From Spirochaetales bacterium (lineage in GTDB: Bacteria; Spirochaetota; Spirochaetia; JAIPGG01), in the NCBI GenBank assembly GCA_021736255.1, contig JAIPGG010000002.1, positions 8,154 through 72,153 on the forward strand: a DNA stretch of 64,000 nt, written 5' to 3'. Below, piece after piece: positions 27,692 to 38,219 of the stretch. Each line of letters opens with the position of its first letter. The stretch's first letter is position 1. Position numbers and translations under genes: made by a program. The notes below the pieces were generated by a model that worked only from the letters and a program-made list of their open reading frames with translations, searched no databases and was not told the origin of the DNA.

Positions 27692-28069
27692 TTACTTCGT
27701 ACCTTCCTTTGTATTCCCCTCAACGGTGCTGTTTTCTTGTGTAAGCCAAGTCTGAATCACGCCGGCCATCCGCTGGATAATAGTTTCCGCTTTTCCGGGT
27801 GCCGGGGCTATCCAGTACAGTCGAAGGGCTTCAAGGTAATCATGATATTTATTAAAATAAATATCTCCGATCCTGACAATACCATCAGTATAGCCCGTAG
27901 TTAAGAAGATGCGTTTGGCCTCTTCTATCTTGCCGGCTTGATACAATTGATTCCCTTTCCGTATAAGCGCTGCTCTTTGTTCCGATGAAAGGTCAGGCTG
28001 TCTTGGCCTGGTAGTTTTTACAAACCCTTCTTTTGGTAGTTTACTGAGTATGTCTTTGTCCGCAGGCAC
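27692..28069 (-). CDS. hypothetical protein with TPR/Sel1-like helical repeat
   Basis: GNQLYQAGKIEEAKRIFLTTGYTDGIVRIGDIYFNKYHDYLEALRLY. Tightly coupled to the downstream TPR gene. Confidence 0.6.
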   Translation of the reverse strand: MPADKDILSKLPKEGFVKTTRPRQPDLSSEQRAALIRKGNQLYQAGKIEEAKRIFLTTGYTDGIVRIGDIYFNKYHDYLEALRLYWIAPAPGKAETIIQRMAGVIQTWLTQENSTVEGNTKEGTK

Positions 28070-28118
28070 TTCTTACTAACCTGTATTTATAATACAAAAT
28101 GTCAACAATTAGTACAAG

Positions 28119-28709
28119 TTACCGGTCACCCTTGGTAGATGGTATCCCTGTGTACCTCGTATCGGTTTCGAGCGCTTCTCCGAGAGCTCTTCCAAGGGCT
28201 TTGAACAAGGCTTCCGCCATGTGGTGCCCGTTTAGCCCGTATCGGCATTCTGCATGTATGTTGATTTCTCCACGATGTGCAAATGCATAGATAAATTCCC
28301 GTATCAACGATAGATCGAACTCTCCGGCCCATTGCTGAGGAAAGTTACACGTGTATTCCAGGTAAGGACGGCCCCCCAGATCCACCGTTACCTCGGCCAG
28401 TGAGTCATCCATAGGGATCACCGAGTGACCGAACCGGCGAATCGGATCCGCCGGAGAGTTCAGGGCTTCCTTGAGCGCTTCCCCCAGTACCAGGCCGACA
28501 TCTTCGACCAGGTGATGAGGATCAACCTCGACATCGCCTTTTGCTTGTATCTTTGCACCGAACCCCCCATGAAAGCTCATGGCATGCAGCATATGATTGA
28601 AGAAAGGAAGGCCTGTATCTATTTCCTTTTGTTCGCTTCGCGGAACAGACAGGTCGATGACTATTTGAGTCTCTGCGGTTTTTCGTTCTTTGTGCACGGT
28701 ACTGTTCAT
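28119..28709 (-). CDS. hisB: imidazoleglycerol-phosphate dehydratase
   Basis: RKTAETQIVIDL, FFNHMLHAMSFHGGF, DPHHLVEDVGLVLG and HHMAEALFKALGRAL. Confidence 0.92.
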   Translation of the reverse strand: MNSTVHKERKTAETQIVIDLSVPRSEQKEIDTGLPFFNHMLHAMSFHGGFGAKIQAKGDVEVDPHHLVEDVGLVLGEALKEALNSPADPIRRFGHSVIPMDDSLAEVTVDLGGRPYLEYTCNFPQQWAGEFDLSLIREFIYAFAHRGEINIHAECRYGLNGHHMAEALFKALGRALGEALETDTRYTGIPSTKGDR

Positions 28710-29326
28710 TTTGTTACACCTGCCTCCCCAAAGAGACCAAGAAAGTCCTGTATCTCCCGGTAATTAAGTTTATAATACGCCGGGTTTGCAATCAAGTGAA
28801 CACTGATTGTTTCGAGTTCTTCCAGGACCTCTAGATTATTTGCCTCGAGTGTTTTCCCGGTTTCAACAATGTCCACGATATAGTCGGTGAGCCCGAGTAC
28901 GGGGGCCAGTTCGACTGAGCCGTTGAGTTTAATAATTTCTACGGCTGTGCCTCGCCGATGAAAGTGTTTCCTGGTAAAAACCGGGAACTTAGTGGCAGCC
29001 TGGATACGCCTTTGACCTGAAGGGGTTTCAGCTCCGCGGTGGCCTGCCAGGCACATTTGGGTGCTTCCGAAAGGCAGGGTGAGCAGGCGAATAAATCGTC
29101 CTTTTGATTCCCATAGAACATCATCGCCGCAAATTCCCAATCCGGCTATTCCATGGTGGATATATGTGGGCAGGTCGCTGTTTTTCACCAAAAAAAATTT
29201 CATCCGCTCTGTGCTGTCGTAGGCTACGAGTTTTCGGCCGGAAAAATCGAAATCGATGCCTCCCTCGACAAACCATCTGCCGATATCTTCGAGCAATCGT
29301 CCTTTCGGAAGAGCAAAACTCAACAT
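28706..29326 (-). CDS. hisG: ATP phosphoribosyltransferase, short (HisZ-dependent) form
   Basis: ALPKGRLLED, DLPTYIHHGIAGLGICGDDVL and DIVETGKTLEANNL. About 200 aa long, which is the short form. 4-nt overlap with hisB. Confidence 0.92.
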   Translation of the reverse strand: MLSFALPKGRLLEDIGRWFVEGGIDFDFSGRKLVAYDSTERMKFFLVKNSDLPTYIHHGIAGLGICGDDVLWESKGRFIRLLTLPFGSTQMCLAGHRGAETPSGQRRIQAATKFPVFTRKHFHRRGTAVEIIKLNGSVELAPVLGLTDYIVDIVETGKTLEANNLEVLEELETISVHLIANPAYYKLNYREIQDFLGLFGEAGVTK

Positions 29327-29337
29327 TTACAACTCCT

Positions 29338-30480
29338 TTAACTCAGTTTGCAGATAATCGAGTTCTCGCGCCGTTTCTCGGCGGTGCGAAAGGTCTTAAT
29401 GAAGCTTTCCTGCTGTTCCACGGTAGTCATATCCGGGATCTCAGCCGCCGGCCCACCTGATTGGGTCTCGATTTTCCGCAGCAGCATGGAAAAACCTACA
29501 GAAGGGGCGTTGAAACCGAAGTGTGACAAGAGGCGGTCATAACGCCCTCCGGAAACTACCGCTGAGTCGACGCCGGGTACATAGGCTTGGAAAGCTATCC
29601 CCGTATGATACGGTTGTGACCCGATCTCCGAAAGATCGGCCCGGAAATAGTCGCCGAACCCGAGCTCTTCCATAGTAGAAAGATCTGTTTCGATTGATCC
29701 GATCAATTCCCCTATTGCTCCTGCAATGGGAAGCTCTTTCATCTTGGTTCCGGCTGTTTGTTTGTTAAATGCCTCCAGTTCTCTTCTGTTTCCGATAAAA
29801 CTGAAAAGTTCGCATAATGGGGCTGTTTCATCTTCGGTATATCCCCAGTTTCGAAGGCTTTCCGACAAAAGGCCCCAATCCCGGTCGCGGACGGCCGTCC
29901 TGGCCTGGACGCGTATGTTTGCTGTATCACTCTTAGAGCGTATCGATCCCTTTTCCCAAAAGCAGGTGTCGAAAAGAGCTCTCGAGCCGAGGTGAATGCG
30001 AGCCTGTTTCAAATCGAGCCGGTCGAGAACGGTAGACAGGAGCGAGAGTACTTCCAGATCTCCGAAGATTCCCGAACTTCCGATCAATTCTGCTCCGACC
30101 TGAAAAAATTCGTTATGAGAGATTTCCTCGATTTCCTGGTGTCTGAGGATAGAATCGGCATACCACAGACGGGCGGGCAGATTTTCACTCGTCAGTCCGG
30201 TTGCGGCCTGCCGGGCCAGAAAAAGTGTGGCATCCGAACGAAGCATGAGTAATTCGCCGTCCCGGTCAATCAGTCGATAGATTCTTGATATGTCCTCCTT
30301 TCGGAGAAGGGAGGAATAACTGTCGAAAAAGTCAAACACCGGGGTTTGTGTTGGCAGATAACCCCACAGGGTGAAAATTGAATCGAGGTGGTTCAATATC
30401 TCTCGGTGGTAATAGGCTTCTTCGAGGAAAAAACTTTCCGTAGCCTGTGGTGTTTTGTAAAGGGTGTCGCCGTTCACCAT
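29338..30480 (-). CDS. hisZ: ATP phosphoribosyltransferase regulatory subunit (HisRS paralogue)
   Basis: HisRS-like class II core (LRSDATLFLAR, FQVGAELIG, SGGRYDRLL) without an anticodon-binding domain. Directly upstream of short hisG. Confidence 0.85.
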   Translation of the reverse strand: MVNGDTLYKTPQATESFFLEEAYYHREILNHLDSIFTLWGYLPTQTPVFDFFDSYSSLLRKEDISRIYRLIDRDGELLMLRSDATLFLARQAATGLTSENLPARLWYADSILRHQEIEEISHNEFFQVGAELIGSSGIFGDLEVLSLLSTVLDRLDLKQARIHLGSRALFDTCFWEKGSIRSKSDTANIRVQARTAVRDRDWGLLSESLRNWGYTEDETAPLCELFSFIGNRRELEAFNKQTAGTKMKELPIAGAIGELIGSIETDLSTMEELGFGDYFRADLSEIGSQPYHTGIAFQAYVPGVDSAVVSGGRYDRLLSHFGFNAPSVGFSMLLRKIETQSGGPAAEIPDMTTVEQQESFIKTFRTAEKRRENSIICKLS

Positions 30481-30564
30481 GAACTCCTTACAGTGATTCC
30501 GGCCGGAAGACCCGCCGGTTTTCCTACTATACCAAAAAGGTGGTAATCAGCATAGGAGGGAAAA

Positions 30565-31122
30565 TCAGGGTGTTTCTTCCTGGTATCTAACCCCGTAGAA
30601 GGCGAGCATAGAACGGCCGTATTGTCTTTCATCGAATCGGGAAAGCGGTCCGATTGTTTCCGGCAGTTCGTTTTCACGGGGATAGTGGATCATGACGGTG
30701 CCGGCTTCTGTACAGCAGCCGGAAGAACCGACTTTCTCGAGCAGTTTCTCTTTGTTCGGATAGTTGAAGGGGGGGTCCAGAAAAACAAGGTCGAATGTTC
30801 CGTCGGGGTTTGACAGATACCGTTCGGCCGGTTTGAGGACGAGCCGCGCCGGTGCTTCCAGTTGCCGGATATTTGCAAGAATAGTCTGTCGCTTTTTCCT
30901 GTCGCCTTCAACCAATACCACCGGGGACGCTCCCCGCGAGGCGGCCTCGAAACCGATGATTCCCGAACCGGAAAAGAGATCGAGGAAACTCAAACCATAC
31001 AAATCCCCGAGGATGGAAAAGGCAGATTCCCGCATACGGTCCATAGCAGGACGTATAATTCCCGGTGGGCAGGTGATGCGCCGATTGAGATAGCTGCCGC
31101 CGGTGATTCTCAGAGGTTTCAT
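30565..31122 (-). CDS. rsmD: 16S rRNA (guanine966-N2)-methyltransferase
   Basis: RITGGSYLNRRI, DLFSGSGIIGFEAASRGA and VFLDPPF. Confidence 0.88.
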   Translation of the reverse strand: MKPLRITGGSYLNRRITCPPGIIRPAMDRMRESAFSILGDLYGLSFLDLFSGSGIIGFEAASRGASPVVLVEGDRKKRQTILANIRQLEAPARLVLKPAERYLSNPDGTFDLVFLDPPFNYPNKEKLLEKVGSSGCCTEAGTVMIHYPRENELPETIGPLSRFDERQYGRSMLAFYGVRYQEETP

Positions 31123-31123
31123 T

Positions 31124-33214
31124 TCAAGCTGTCCCCGCTGGTTCTTCCGGGAAGGGCGGCGCTTCTTTCATGAGCCGGCGGAGGAAGGCGCTGTCTTCCT
31201 GTTCGAGACCCGGATCTTTTTTCATCAGCGTTTCCACATCCTTTTTTGCCTGAACCAGGACTTCGGAATCACGGACGAGTTCTGCTATGGTAAAACGGAT
31301 GAAGCCGGACTGCCTGGTTCCCGAAAGATCGCCGGGTCCCCTGATTGCCAGGTCCTTTTCGGCGATCACGAAGCCGTCGTTGCTCTCTTTCATAACCCGC
31401 AGTCGTTCTTTCCCTGCGTCGGTCAGGTCCGGATGATAAACCAGAAAGGCGAAGGACTGATACCCGCTTCTCCCGACTCTTCCGCGGAGCTGGTGGAGGG
31501 CCGAGAGGCCGAATCGTTCGGCATGTTCAACAACCATGCAGGTGGCGTTGGCTACATCTACTCCCACCTCTACAACACTTGTGGCAACCAGAATATCCAC
31601 ATCGCCTTTTGCAAAGTCCGCCATGATCTTTTCTTTCTCTTCTTCCGTTTTTCGTGAGTGGACGAGTTCGACTCGATAATCGGGAAAGATTTCCCCGGCA
31701 AGGCGCTGGTGCATCTGTTGGGCATCCTTTAATTCCATCCGGTCGGACTTGTTTATAAGAGGGTAGACAAAATAGGCCTGATGCCCGGCCTGCAGCTCGC
31801 GCTCTACAAAGTCGTAGACCTTTTGTTCGTTGCCGATTTTCGCCAGATGTGTCTCGACCGGTTTTCGCCCGGGCGGCATGGTTTTGATTACCGAAACCCG
31901 CAGGTCGCCGAAGGCGGTCATTGTCAATGTTCGGGGGATTGGTGTGGCAGTCAGCAGCAGTGTGTCGGGCCGGTAGCCCTTGCCGGTGAGTTTTAGCCGC
32001 TGGAGCACTCCGAAGCGCTGTTGTTCATCGATGATAACGAAGGCAAGGTGTTTGAAGTGTACCTGTTCTGAAAAGAGGGCATGGGTACCGATAACAAGCT
32101 GAATTTCTCCGGTTTGCAGCTCCTGCTGGATCTTGTGTCGTTCGTGTTCCGGCAGGGAGCCGGAAAGAAAACCTGTTCTAACACCGAGGCCCTCCAGACT
32201 CTTGCGGGTGCGTTCTGCATGCTGTTTTGCCAGAAGTTCAGTGGGAGCGAGAAAGGCGGCCTGTCCCCCTGCTTCGATATAGTGGAGAGCCCCGGTCAGG
32301 GCGACAAGGGTTTTGCCGGAGCCCACATCTCCCTGTAGCAGGCGTGCTGCAGGTTCCGGAGATAAGGCGTCTTCAATGATTTCCTGATGCACGCGTTTCT
32401 GATCTGCAGTCGGTTCGAAGGGGAGTGATTCAAAAAAGGCACTGCAGAGGTTTCCTTCGCTTTGATAGGCTTTCCCGCCTTCCTGTTTTCGCCGTTCTGC
32501 TCTGAGGGCAACAGTTAACTGAAGTCCGAAGAGTTCCTCGTAGATCAGACTCTTGCGGGCAAGCTCCATGTTCTGCATTGTTTCCGGGAAATGGATCTCT
32601 CTCAGGGCTCGGTTTTTCGGAAGAAAGCCGTAGAATTCACGAAAGGTCGAAGGGATCTCATCCTCCACTGAGCGTACTACCCCTTGCAGGATCCTGCCGA
32701 CGGCATTTCGCAGGTGCTGCTGAGAGAGGCCGGTGGTAAGGGGGTAGAGGGGAAGAATGCGCCCGAATCTTTTTGAGCTTTCCCGGGCGGGCAAAGAATC
32801 CTCTTCCGTTGCGGCTTCGGTATCAAAGCTGCTGCTTTGCAGCTCTCCGTAGCGCATTTGGAAACTGCCGTAAAGGAAAAAAAACTTACCCGGCAGAAGA
32901 ACCCGCTCGAGGAAATTCCTGCCGAAGCATACCAGCGAGGCTGTATCCGTTTCATCGGAAACGGTGACCTTGAGTGTACGATCGCGTCCCCAGCCGAAGT
33001 ATTCCTGAGAAAGAACGCGGACGGTGGTGTTGGCATAGCCCTGCCTGTGTGCCTCTACGAGGGGCACAGGATCTTTCCGGTTTTCGTATGAACGGGGATA
33101 GTGGACCAAAAGATCGCCGATAGTTCGAATATCCAGCCGCTCGAGGGCGGAAGCTGTTTTCCGGCCAACACCCTTTACATCGAGAACCGGCTGGCGCATT
33201 TGGCGGAGAAACAT
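31124..33214 (-). CDS. recG: ATP-dependent DNA helicase RecG
   Basis: Wedge/OB N-terminus and helicase motifs LLQGDVGSGKT, IIDEQQRFGV, LTATPIPRT and QLRGRVGRS. Confidence 0.93.
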   Translation of the reverse strand: MFLRQMRQPVLDVKGVGRKTASALERLDIRTIGDLLVHYPRSYENRKDPVPLVEAHRQGYANTTVRVLSQEYFGWGRDRTLKVTVSDETDTASLVCFGRNFLERVLLPGKFFFLYGSFQMRYGELQSSSFDTEAATEEDSLPARESSKRFGRILPLYPLTTGLSQQHLRNAVGRILQGVVRSVEDEIPSTFREFYGFLPKNRALREIHFPETMQNMELARKSLIYEELFGLQLTVALRAERRKQEGGKAYQSEGNLCSAFFESLPFEPTADQKRVHQEIIEDALSPEPAARLLQGDVGSGKTLVALTGALHYIEAGGQAAFLAPTELLAKQHAERTRKSLEGLGVRTGFLSGSLPEHERHKIQQELQTGEIQLVIGTHALFSEQVHFKHLAFVIIDEQQRFGVLQRLKLTGKGYRPDTLLLTATPIPRTLTMTAFGDLRVSVIKTMPPGRKPVETHLAKIGNEQKVYDFVERELQAGHQAYFVYPLINKSDRMELKDAQQMHQRLAGEIFPDYRVELVHSRKTEEEKEKIMADFAKGDVDILVATSVVEVGVDVANATCMVVEHAERFGLSALHQLRGRVGRSGYQSFAFLVYHPDLTDAGKERLRVMKESNDGFVIAEKDLAIRGPGDLSGTRQSGFIRFTIAELVRDSEVLVQAKKDVETLMKKDPGLEQEDSAFLRRLMKEAPPFPEEPAGTA

Positions 33215-33224
33215 ATCCGGCGGT

Positions 33225-33833
33225 TCAGACCATTGTCTGGACTATTGGGCCCGAATTCAGCATCAAACGAATCAGCAAGGTGACCAGTAGTCCTCCGAGG
33301 ATGCGATATACGATAAAGAGAATAATGCCGATCAAAAGCCGTGTTTTGTGGTTGATCGGCCGGTTGCCGATTATCCAGGAAGTGGATGAGTAGAGGATGG
33401 GTTCGGTAATTGTATCGATAGTCGACCAGAACGGGTTGATCGTCCCTTTTCCGCTTGCAAGGACAATGAGCCGGATAACAAACAGAATAATAAAGAAAAC
33501 CAGAAAGAAAGCTGCACCGGCCCAGACGGCTTGGAGGATGATCGCCCCGAGTATCCCGGGGGTGATCGTTCCGAAGCGGGAGAGATTCTCGAATATGTTC
33601 TGGAGAATAACCAGTACAATAAAACCGAGAATAGGTGAAAAGTCTATAGTCCCCATGCGGAGGAACTTGAATTTCCTGAAATAGTTCAGGTAAGGGTCGG
33701 TGATGTTGGCCAATACCTGGTAGGCTTTTCCGAAATCGATTCCCCTGAACCAGCTGAGGATAATTCGTATAATGAGGATCAAAAGGTAAAGTGATACAAC
33801 GGCGCTCAATACTCTCATGGTGGTCTGAAACAT
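33225..33833 (-). CDS. YggT-family integral membrane protein (duplicated YggT unit)
   Basis: YLLILIIRIILSWF and PYLNYFR motifs. Four to five TM helices. Confidence 0.75.
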   Translation of the reverse strand: MFQTTMRVLSAVVSLYLLILIIRIILSWFRGIDFGKAYQVLANITDPYLNYFRKFKFLRMGTIDFSPILGFIVLVILQNIFENLSRFGTITPGILGAIILQAVWAGAAFFLVFFIILFVIRLIVLASGKGTINPFWSTIDTITEPILYSSTSWIIGNRPINHKTRLLIGIILFIVYRILGGLLVTLLIRLMLNSGPIVQTMV

Positions 33834-33872
33834 AGTTTGCTCCTTACTTGTGGTACGTTGTGGAAGTGCTTG

Positions 33873-36800
33873 TCATTCTTGCCATACTTCCTGAACCAGG
33901 GTGTTCTGCCGGATTCCCGCGATTGTTGTCTTTTCATCGGAGATCGTAATGTGCTGTGAAGCACGGATGATCACGTCGGATCCATTTTTCGGAATGTGAA
34001 AATAGAGGGGAGAGGCTCCCTGGTGTTCGAGAACATAGTCGTGTAACGATTGAAGGGCTTCGTGGTCGGTGCTGTTTTTGAGCCGGATGTGGACCTCCCG
34101 GACTTTGAGCTTTTCGAGTTCTTCGGGTGCCTTGATCTCTTCTACCGACAATTGGTGTTCACCTCGCTTGTCGGATATCTGTCCGCTCAAACCGAGGATT
34201 CGGTCCGTTTCCAGCAGGTGCTGATATTGTTGATATACTCTCGGGAACACCACAAAGGGGATCGTTCCACGGTAATCCTCGATAGCCCCGGCGGCCATCA
34301 TGTCCCCTTTTTTTGTATACAGCTGTTTGTACTCTTTGATGAGGGCTACGGCTGTGTAGCGTTTATCCTTCATAGCCCGCTCCGGATAGCGGAGATCGAT
34401 GCTGGAGGCGTTTTTCCAGATCTCCTTGTACTGGTCCAGGGGGTGGCCGGACAGGAAAAATCCAAGGTTCTCTTTTTCGTACCGGAGCCGTTCGAGTTCG
34501 GACCATTCGGGTACCTGTTCTATCTCGATATCCGGTGCGACTTCCTGATCCATTTGCTCGAAGAGGGAAGACTGACCGTATTCCCGGCTCTCCTTGATGC
34601 TGCCGACGATATCGATCAGCTTATCGAGGTTGGCAAAAAGGGTTGCACGGTTGGAATCAAGATTGTCGAAGGTTCCCGTTTGGATGAGGGTTTCGGTTAC
34701 CTTCCGGTTGACAGTTTTCATATCGATCCGTTCGAGAAAATCGATAAAAGAGGTGAATCTTCCATTTTCGCTGCGTTCGGAGAGGATACCGTCTACTGCA
34801 GCAGAGCCGACATTCTTGATTCCCAGCAGCCCGTAGACGATCTTGCCCTCGGATACGGTAAAGTATTTTTCGGATATGTTGATATCCGGTGGGAGGATCT
34901 CGATACCGAGCTGCCTCGTCTCATCGAGATAAACGGCGAATTTCTTCGTATCGTTGATTTCGTTGGTCAGGTTGGCAGCCATGAACTCGACCGGGTAGTT
35001 TGCCTTGAGATAGGCGGTTTTATAGGCCAGGACCGAGTAGGCGGCGGCATGAGATTTGTTGAACCCGTACCCGGCAAAGGGGATGAGGAGGTCGAAAATG
35101 GATTCGGCCTGCTGCCGGGTATATCCCTTTTCCAGGGCGCCGTCCACAAAATCTTTCTTGAGCTTCGGCATGACTTCGGCTTTTTTCTTGCCCATGGCTC
35201 TTCGGAGAATGTCTGCTTGACCGAGGCTGTATCCGCCTACGATCTGGGCAATCTCCATGACCTGTTCCTGATAAACGATAACCCCGTAGGTTTCTTTCAA
35301 AACCGGCTCGAGCTCGGGCAGGGGATAGCGGATAGACTCTTTGCCGTTTTTTGCATTTACGAACTGGTCGATATTATCCATCGGACCGGGACGATACAGG
35401 GCGTTCAAGGCTATCAGGTCTTCGATGGAATTCGGTTTTGCCTGTTTCAGGATCTGCTGCATTCCGCTGCTTTCGAACTGAAATACGCACATGCTGTTTC
35501 CATCGCCGAGGAGGCGGAAGGTTGCTTCATCGTTCTCCTCGATGGTATCCAGGTCAATCTCGATACCCTGTTTCTTGATGAGCCGGACGGTATTTTCGAT
35601 GAGGGTTAGGGTCTTGAGGCCGAGAAAGTCCATCTTTACCAGTCCGCACTCCTCGAGGAGATCCATGGTGTACTGGGTGGAGACGGCCCCGGTTTTCGGG
35701 TCCCGGTAGAGGGGAACGTATTCGGTAAGTGGTTCTTTTCCGATTACGATTCCTGCGGCGTGGGTGGATGCATGGCGGTTGAGGCCTTCGAGCCGTCTGC
35801 TTTCATTAATCAGGGCCTCGTAGACACCGCCGCGATCGGCAACCTCCTGCAGCCTTGGTTCCTGTTGAAGGGCTTTTTCGAGGGTCATTTTCGGCCCCTC
35901 CGGGACGAGTTTGGCGGTGCTGTCTGATTCAGCGTAGGGTATGTCCAGCACCCGTGCTACATCGCGGATCACCGCTCTGGCCTTGAGCGTTCCGAAGGTA
36001 ATAATCTGGGCCACTCGGTCGCTGCCGTATTTTTTTGTTACATAGTCGATAACCTCCTGCCGGCGTTCGAAACAGAAGTCGATATCGAAATCAGGCATAG
36101 AAACCCGTTCGGGATTAAGAAAGCGTTCAAACAAGAGGTTGTACTTGAGGGGCTCGATGTCGGTGATCTTGAGTGCATAGGCGACAACCGAACCCGCGCC
36201 TGATCCCCGACCCGGTCCTACCGGGATGTTGTTCACCCTGGCAAAGTGAATAAAATCCCAGACGATCAGAAAGTAGCCGGTAAAACCCATCGAGATAATG
36301 ATGTTCAGTTCGTAGTCCGCCCTGTCTTTCACCTCATCGTAACGCTGGGGATACCGTTCTTTCAGGCCCTGATAGGTCAGATCCCGGAGATAGGCATCGG
36401 GATTCTCGTAGCCTTCGGGTATCCGGTAGAAGGGGAGGATGGGACCCGGCAGTTCGATTTCGAGATCGCAGGCAGCCGCTACCTTCTTGGTGTTGGTAAG
36501 TGTTTCGGGGAGGTCGGCAAAGATTTGCCGCATCTCGGATTCGGATTTCAGATAGAACCCGTCTCCCTTGAATTGCATGCGCTTGGCTTCGTGCTGTTTT
36601 TTGTTGGTTCCGATGCACAGCAGGATGTCCTGGGCATTCGCATCGCTTTTATCGACATAATGGACATCGTTGCTTGCCACGATCGGGATGCCCGTTTTTC
36701 TCGATAGCTGGACAATGCCTTTTTTGACGGTCTCCTGTTCGGGTATGCCGTGGTCCTGGATTTCCAGGTAGAAATTCTCCTCACCGAAGAGGTTCCGATA

Positions 36801-37286
36801 CCAGAAGGCCCGTTTTTCGGCTTCCTCGTTTCGTCCATTCAGAATATCCTGGGGAATGTCGCCGGCAAGACAGGAAGTCAAGCAGATCAGCCCTTCATGA
36901 TATTTCTCGAGCAGTTCATCGTCGATTCGCGGTTTATAGTAAAACCCTTCGAGAAAGGAGAGAGAGCTCAGGATCATAAGGTTGCGGTACCCTGTCCGGT
37001 TTTTTGCCAGCAGAACCAGGTGAGAAAGGCGTTTGTGCTTTTCCTCGGGGGTTTTGGTGTGACGGGAGCCGGGGGTTCGGTAAAATTCACAGCCGATAAT
37101 CGGTTTGATGTTCCGTTTCCGGCAGGCTTTGTAAAAGTGAAGGGCCCCGAACATATTCCCGTGGTCGGTCAGGGCCAGTTCTTCGAAACCGTATTCCGCC
37201 GCTCGGTCTACGAGCTTTTCCACTGCGGCGGCTCCGTCGAGAAGGGAATAATCCGAATGTACGTGAAGATGGACGAAATCAGCCAT
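33873..37286 (-). CDS. dnaE: DNA polymerase III alpha subunit
   Basis: PHP domain FVHLHVHSDYSLLDGA, MPDFDIDF, GLLGIKNVG and length 1137 aa. Confidence 0.95.
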   Translation of the reverse strand: MADFVHLHVHSDYSLLDGAAAVEKLVDRAAEYGFEELALTDHGNMFGALHFYKACRKRNIKPIIGCEFYRTPGSRHTKTPEEKHKRLSHLVLLAKNRTGYRNLMILSSLSFLEGFYYKPRIDDELLEKYHEGLICLTSCLAGDIPQDILNGRNEEAEKRAFWYRNLFGEENFYLEIQDHGIPEQETVKKGIVQLSRKTGIPIVASNDVHYVDKSDANAQDILLCIGTNKKQHEAKRMQFKGDGFYLKSESEMRQIFADLPETLTNTKKVAAACDLEIELPGPILPFYRIPEGYENPDAYLRDLTYQGLKERYPQRYDEVKDRADYELNIIISMGFTGYFLIVWDFIHFARVNNIPVGPGRGSGAGSVVAYALKITDIEPLKYNLLFERFLNPERVSMPDFDIDFCFERRQEVIDYVTKKYGSDRVAQIITFGTLKARAVIRDVARVLDIPYAESDSTAKLVPEGPKMTLEKALQQEPRLQEVADRGGVYEALINESRRLEGLNRHASTHAAGIVIGKEPLTEYVPLYRDPKTGAVSTQYTMDLLEECGLVKMDFLGLKTLTLIENTVRLIKKQGIEIDLDTIEENDEATFRLLGDGNSMCVFQFESSGMQQILKQAKPNSIEDLIALNALYRPGPMDNIDQFVNAKNGKESIRYPLPELEPVLKETYGVIVYQEQVMEIAQIVGGYSLGQADILRRAMGKKKAEVMPKLKKDFVDGALEKGYTRQQAESIFDLLIPFAGYGFNKSHAAAYSVLAYKTAYLKANYPVEFMAANLTNEINDTKKFAVYLDETRQLGIEILPPDINISEKYFTVSEGKIVYGLLGIKNVGSAAVDGILSERSENGRFTSFIDFLERIDMKTVNRKVTETLIQTGTFDNLDSNRATLFANLDKLIDIVGSIKESREYGQSSLFEQMDQEVAPDIEIEQVPEWSELERLRYEKENLGFFLSGHPLDQYKEIWKNASSIDLRYPERAMKDKRYTAVALIKEYKQLYTKKGDMMAAGAIEDYRGTIPFVVFPRVYQQYQHLLETDRILGLSGQISDKRGEHQLSVEEIKAPEELEKLKVREVHIRLKNSTDHEALQSLHDYVLEHQGASPLYFHIPKNGSDVIIRASQHITISDEKTTIAGIRQNTLVQEVWQE

Positions 37287-37306
37287 CCGCTCTTGTCCTC
37301 CTGGAA

Positions 37307-37335
37307 TTCATAGCATGTATCCCGCCTTGTGTCAG
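37307..37335 (-). promoter_or_regulatory. promoter candidate CTGACA-17-(TGc)TATGAA for dnaE
   Basis: On the minus strand, the -35 is at 37335-37330 and the -10 at 37312-37307, preceded by TGc (extended -10). It overlaps the stop codon of the upstream FAD-subunit gene. AGGAGG Shine-Dalgarno sequence follows. Confidence 0.4.
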
Positions 37336-38219
37336 TATCGGCCCGGAACAGGAATTGTTGCTTCACTACCGAGGTTGCTCAGAAAGTCCAGGGCTTTGAG
37401 AATGAGCATTCTCCGGTCGAGTTCTCTGGGGATCGGTCCTGCAGCCTGGAAAAACGAATCGAGCTCTTGGTATAGATACTCGGTTTCCCGCTGGGAAAGA
37501 GGTGGAACACGGCCGACCAGCTCCGCTTCCAGTTCACGGTGCCGCATGACCAACCGGCGAAAGGCGCTGAATACCAGCCGTGCTTCGGAAATTGTTCCCT
37601 TTTCCATCCGGGCTACTGCGGTTACGGAGAGATGAGTTTCCGGCATCCAGAAATTGTGTTCATGCTTCCAATAGAGTTCCTCGGTAAAACTCTCGACGGG
37701 TATGAGTATTCGCTGGATGAGTTCACCCGGTTTGAGCCTGAGGTTGTTCTCTGAATCGATCAGTCTGGGGATCGGAAGCCTGCGGCTTCCTTCCGGACCA
37801 ATCAGTTCGACTTGAGCTTCGAGGGCGAAGAGAACGGGGAAGCTGTCCATCCGATATTCCGGGTTGGATAGGTTCCCGCCGAGACCGGCAAGATTCCGGA
37901 TTGCAGGGGTGCCGATGGAGGTCAGACAACGGTACAGACAGACGGGGAGAACCCTCTTGGCCTGCTCGAGCAAAAGGGATAAGGGGGCGGCTGCTCCGAT
38001 TTCGAGAAAGCGTTCGGTTCGGTGAATCCTCGTCAATTCATCGATTCCCCCGATATTGATTACCTGTTCTCCGAGGACGGGAATTTTCTTTTGTTCACGG
38101 CCCAGCAGCCATGTGCCGCCGGCAAAGAGAACGGCCGACGGGTGCCGGCTGTAGAGTTGAATGAGCTCGGTCAAATCAGCAGGCGAGAAAAAGCTAACCA
38201 TTCGCTGTTCAGCTGCCAT
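37332..38219 (-). CDS. XDH/CODH-family FAD-binding subunit homologue (CoxM/XdhB-like)
   Basis: FAD_binding_5-like LFAGGTWLL and AIRNLAGLGGNL. Start taken at MAAEQRMVSFF (38219), overlapping the upstream gene by 11 nt. Confidence 0.8.
   Translation of the reverse strand: MAAEQRMVSFFSPADLTELIQLYSRHPSAVLFAGGTWLLGREQKKIPVLGEQVINIGGIDELTRIHRTERFLEIGAAAPLSLLLEQAKRVLPVCLYRCLTSIGTPAIRNLAGLGGNLSNPEYRMDSFPVLFALEAQVELIGPEGSRRLPIPRLIDSENNLRLKPGELIQRILIPVESFTEELYWKHEHNFWMPETHLSVTAVARMEKGTISEARLVFSAFRRLVMRHRELEAELVGRVPPLSQRETEYLYQELDSFFQAAGPIPRELDRRMLILKALDFLSNLGSEATIPVPGRY

Noticed and set aside
27025-27744. 239-aa ORF antisense to the TPR protein gene
   Set aside because: Shadow ORF. The minus-strand product shows a regular 34-aa TPR periodicity, while this translation shows none.
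34050-35609. 519-aa ORF antisense to dnaE
   Set aside because: Shadow ORF opposite a 1137-aa DnaE with a complete set of motifs, and it has no independent signals. The smaller antisense ORFs in 36246-37313 are rejected for the same reason.
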